The notes below the pieces were generated by a model. That model was given only the letters and a program-made list of their open reading frames with translations, did no database searches and was not told the origin of the DNA. Of a stretch of 30,961 nucleotides of DNA, positions 27,774-30,961 are shown one piece after another (the first letter of the stretch is position 1; each line of letters begins with the position of its first letter). The translations under genes were made by a program, and so were the position numbers. This DNA comes from Candidatus Hadarchaeota archaeon (GTDB taxonomy: Archaea > Hadarchaeota > Hadarchaeia > Hadarchaeales > Hadarchaeaceae), in the NCBI GenBank assembly GCA_040755315.1, contig JBFMBF010000013.1:1-30961 (forward strand), written 5' to 3'.

Positions 27774-29327
27774 TTATTTTTCACTTATTTTTGCCATTTC
27801 CACAGCTTTAAATGCATCTATGATTCCCCAGCCATACCTAGTGTCTTGGCCCAGAGTGCCCAAATCATCCGCGGCGGACATTAGTATCCCATACACATCA
27901 TCGACGGTTAAATCCGGATTGGCCTGTAACATCAAAGCAACGGTTCCGGCAACGTGAGGTGAAGCCATAGAAGTACCGCTTTTGGAGACATACCCCCACC
28001 CATATCCGGTAGGCACCCATTCATTTTTTTCAGCGTCCCAATAATAGCCAAGCACACCACGCCCAAGAGAAACTATATCAACTCCGGGCGCGGTGAAATC
28101 TGGTTTGACATAGTTGGACACAATCCCGCCTGAACTTAATGACCAGACCTCATCTTGTTCATTGACTGCGCCTATTGCAAATGATTCGTAAATATTGCCA
28201 GGACTAATTGTGGACCATAACCCCTTATTACCAATGGAAGCAACCATGACAATACCGCTTTGTTTTAAGCTTTTGATAGGTTCTTCAAAATCAACATGGT
28301 AACCTTCTAGTCCGGAAGATATAACCACAATGTTGGCTTGCTGGCCTGCGGAGTTGTGATTAACGTCATACGGGTCCGCTGCCCACGACATCCCTCTAAG
28401 CATGTTACTAATGTACGCTTCACTTGTAAGTCCAGCTTGATGATAAACTAAAGCATGCATCAAAGTTGCCCCTGAGGCCACTCCCACTGAATTTCCAACT
28501 ACTGTAGCAGAAACGTGTGTTCCATGTCCTTGTTCGTGAGAATCATATGGAATTGAGGTAGTTACAACATTTCCGTCGTCGCTAAATTCTATCCATCCGC
28601 CGGGATATTTGGGGTCAGAGGGGTCATCGGTCCATAGTTTGCTCGCAAGTGCCTCTTGCCCCACCCCCAATTTTACGCCAGCGTCAAGCACCGCTACGCG
28701 TACTCCCGTTCCGTCTATTCCCCAGCTCTCCCAGACATCGGGGGCGCGAATTTTTTCCAACCCCCACATGTAGCTGGGTGGAAAGATCGTTACTTCTGGT
28801 TCAGGCACAGGTACCCCGGGAGGGGCTTGTTCGATAACTAGTTTAAAATCTTCATGGATTCTCCAAACATGTGAAAACGAAGCGAGTTTTAAAAGAGTAT
28901 TCTCAGATACTTTTGTTAGAATCGCGTTGGCTAGCCAAAATTTATCCAGCACGATAGAATTTTCATTCTGTAAAAATTCCAAAATTGGCGTTTGAGTCCT
29001 GTTTGCATGTTCTTTCAAGACGCCAATTACGTTCTCTTTACTAACTCCTGTAAGGTTTGCAGGTTCCAATCTTATAAGAACCCTAAAAATTTGATTATTA
29101 TCCAATTCAAGTTCAAGCTGAATATTTTCGCTGAGTTTACCGTAAAAATTTTTTGAAGTGTTTTCATTGGAATAAAAGTTATAAAAATTATCTGTAGATT
29201 GTATGATGGAATAATTAGGTGGCGAAACGTCAACTATGTGGTTTACAATTTCAGGGGCAGCGAATACTGAAGGAGAAACAACAATCAAAGTCAAAACTAA
29301 CGCTACCACCCCATCAAACAATCTCAA
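27774..29327 (-). CDS. secreted subtilisin-like S8 serine protease with propeptide
   Basis: Signal peptide, I9-like prodomain, catalytic triad VAVLDAG / HGTHVS / SGTSMASPHVAG, oxyanion SIGN, VKPDFTAPG. Confidence 0.95.
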   Translation of the reverse strand: MRLFDGVVALVLTLIVVSPSVFAAPEIVNHIVDVSPPNYSIIQSTDNFYNFYSNENTSKNFYGKLSENIQLELELDNNQIFRVLIRLEPANLTGVSKENVIGVLKEHANRTQTPILEFLQNENSIVLDKFWLANAILTKVSENTLLKLASFSHVWRIHEDFKLVIEQAPPGVPVPEPEVTIFPPSYMWGLEKIRAPDVWESWGIDGTGVRVAVLDAGVKLGVGQEALASKLWTDDPSDPKYPGGWIEFSDDGNVVTTSIPYDSHEQGHGTHVSATVVGNSVGVASGATLMHALVYHQAGLTSEAYISNMLRGMSWAADPYDVNHNSAGQQANIVVISSGLEGYHVDFEEPIKSLKQSGIVMVASIGNKGLWSTISPGNIYESFAIGAVNEQDEVWSLSSGGIVSNYVKPDFTAPGVDIVSLGRGVLGYYWDAEKNEWVPTGYGWGYVSKSGTSMASPHVAGTVALMLQANPDLTVDDVYGILMSAADDLGTLGQDTRYGWGIIDAFKAVEMAKISEK

Positions 29328-29397
29328 GTTCCACCACTATACTCAATAAAGAAACTGACATAAATATTATACTATCTACAGTATATTTAGTAGTCTT

Positions 29398-30570
29398 ATG
29401 ATGAGAAAATCCATGTATGTTGGTTTGGCGATGGCCGTTCTGTCTTTTGTAGCTTTCACATACATAACGGCACCAGTCGGCTTGCCCGGCGACAATGTGG
29501 TGATGGAGGCTACTTGGATAAAAACAGAGGGACAATATGAACTCACCGCAAATATTGTAAATGGTGACAATTTACGGACGGTAGATGGGGCCGTTATAAA
29601 AGTCGTTGGGTTAGACACAACAGAGGATGGTTGGTATTCAAGCGGAGTTTACAAACAAAGAATTTACGGAAAAATTTTGAGTGGTAATGTTAAAGCAGGT
29701 GCCCGCATAGAGGTATACCACATCATCCCTGAATCGTCAACTCCAACAATTGTTGTAACTGGTGTCAAGGCTGACCTGAATAAATATATCTCGTCTACCA
29801 CCTTTAATGGCGTGAAATTGACGAAACTTTTTAGTCCAACGTCAGACACGTTTTGGTCTGTTTACATGGTATCTCCTACCGAAGGCTGGGCCGGATGTTT
29901 TAGTATTTACAAGTGGAACGGCTTAGGATGGTTTCCAGTCCCAAACCCACCAGCTTTTAATTTAAATTTAACAATTGATTCGATGTATATGCTCACTGAA
30001 AATATCGGATGGGCGGTAGGTGGAGAGATTGTTAAGTGGGACGGGTCAAGCTGGTCCATAAATTCCAGCATAAACGAAAACTACGCCCTGTCTGTTTACA
30101 GCGACCTTCAGTCTGTTTACATGTTATCTGAAAACGATGGGTGGGCTGTAGGCCGTATAATAAGCCTTAGTAGTGATAATGGAATCGAAAATGGATTAGT
30201 TATGCGGTGGAATGGTTCTAGCTGGGCAAAAATTTCAACTGCTACCAAACCGCTTAATTCAGTGCACATGCTTTCGTCACAAAAGGGCTGGGCTGTGGGG
30301 GAGAATGGAACAATTCTGATGTGGGATGGGTCAAGCTGGTCTAAAATTTCTAACCAAACTAACAACAATCTTTACTCGGTTTACATGCTGTCTGAAAACA
30401 ATGGATGGGCGGTTGGGTCTAGCGGGATTATTTTAAATTGGAATGGATCAACTTGGAGCGATGTACCAAGTCCCACTGAAAAAACACTTTACGATATTCA
30501 CATGCTAACCTCAACTGAAGGGTGGGCGGTTGGGTCTAGCGGAACTGTCATACAGTTTAACAAGATTTAA
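29398..30570 (+). CDS. secreted or membrane-anchored protein with Ycf48/BNR-like beta-propeller repeats
   Basis: N-terminal hydrophobic helix and about six repeats of L.SV.MLS...GWAVG..G.I..W[ND]G..W. Confidence 0.85.
   Translation: MMRKSMYVGLAMAVLSFVAFTYITAPVGLPGDNVVMEATWIKTEGQYELTANIVNGDNLRTVDGAVIKVVGLDTTEDGWYSSGVYKQRIYGKILSGNVKAGARIEVYHIIPESSTPTIVVTGVKADLNKYISSTTFNGVKLTKLFSPTSDTFWSVYMVSPTEGWAGCFSIYKWNGLGWFPVPNPPAFNLNLTIDSMYMLTENIGWAVGGEIVKWDGSSWSINSSINENYALSVYSDLQSVYMLSENDGWAVGRIISLSSDNGIENGLVMRWNGSSWAKISTATKPLNSVHMLSSQKGWAVGENGTILMWDGSSWSKISNQTNNNLYSVYMLSENNGWAVGSSGIILNWNGSTWSDVPSPTEKTLYDIHMLTSTEGWAVGSSGTVIQFNKI
29850..30545 (+). repeat. intragenic coding repeats (propeller blades)
   Basis: Identical 20-mer tgggcggttgggtctagcgg at 30406 and 30523; gtgggaYgggtcaagctggtc at 30036 and 30321. 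Confidence 0.8.
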
Positions 30571-30961
30571 CAGACGTGTTGCTTTTCGTGGTTCTTTAGA
30601 AAGATGTCGGAGTGGGAACTCCCATCGTATCTTTCGAGCGTTATCGTCAGGTCGCCGCTGGCGCTCCTGCTCGCCCGGATGATTGGCTGATTGTTTTTGA
30701 AGTTGTACTCCCAAGTATCATAACCAACGCGGCTGACCCTGACCTTCTGTGCATCATGATATTCCACATATTCACCAGTGGCGCTGTCGCGGATCATGAG
30801 CAGTATCGGGGGTGCTGCCCGCGTCTGTCCCACTCCCCACTGCTCCCACCACCTGCCGGCGTTCGACCAGGTGAGCATTCCGCCCACATAGACATCAATG
30901 AGGTAGCTGCCGTCGTATCGATCCATGGTGGCGGAGTAGAAGTCGCCCTCCTTTCTGACCG
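30567..30961 (-). CDS. hypothetical protein, 5'-partial (extends beyond the window)
   Basis: Frame is open to the window edge (VRKEGDFYSATMDRYDGS...). RYDGS occurs twice, and the stop overlaps the stop of the convergent gene. Confidence 0.6.
   Translation of the reverse strand, partial: VRKEGDFYSATMDRYDGSYLIDVYVGGMLTWSNAGRWWEQWGVGQTRAAPPILLMIRDSATGEYVEYHDAQKVRVSRVGYDTWEYNFKNNQPIIRASRSASGDLTITLERYDGSSHSDIFLKNHEKQHVC

Overview
Archaeal chromosomal window. RpoA is split, RpoB is unsplit, tRNAs carry BHB introns, and uS7 has a Thermococci-like insert; a Hadarchaeota-like lineage is my inference only. The core is housekeeping: cimA-aIF1A-rio1 on the + strand, and on the - strand 5S rRNA-tRNA-Asp-tRNA-Lys-rpoH-rpoB-rpoA1-rpoA2-eL30-nusA-uS12-uS7-aEF1a-uS10, which lacks EF-2. 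Also present are a small two-component cluster, tRNA-Tyr, DUF763, a small wHTH protein, nadX-nadA-nadC, an MMPL/RND transporter and tRNA-Pro. Both ends look accessory. The left end has an archaeal P-loop ATPase with 16-bp upstream repeats and a GC-mosaic convergent gene pair. The right end has small zinc-ribbon/membrane genes and a low-GC subtilase plus beta-propeller pair. The most notable signals are: (1) an orphan tRNA 3' end (T-arm, acceptor strand, CCA) behind its own TATA box, a 14-codon ORF and hairpins; (2) a tRNA-Gln(CTG) with two non-canonical BHB introns at 15/16 and 32/33; (3) a probable CTG start codon for uS7; (4) a candidate palindromic operator and wHTH regulator at the nad operon.
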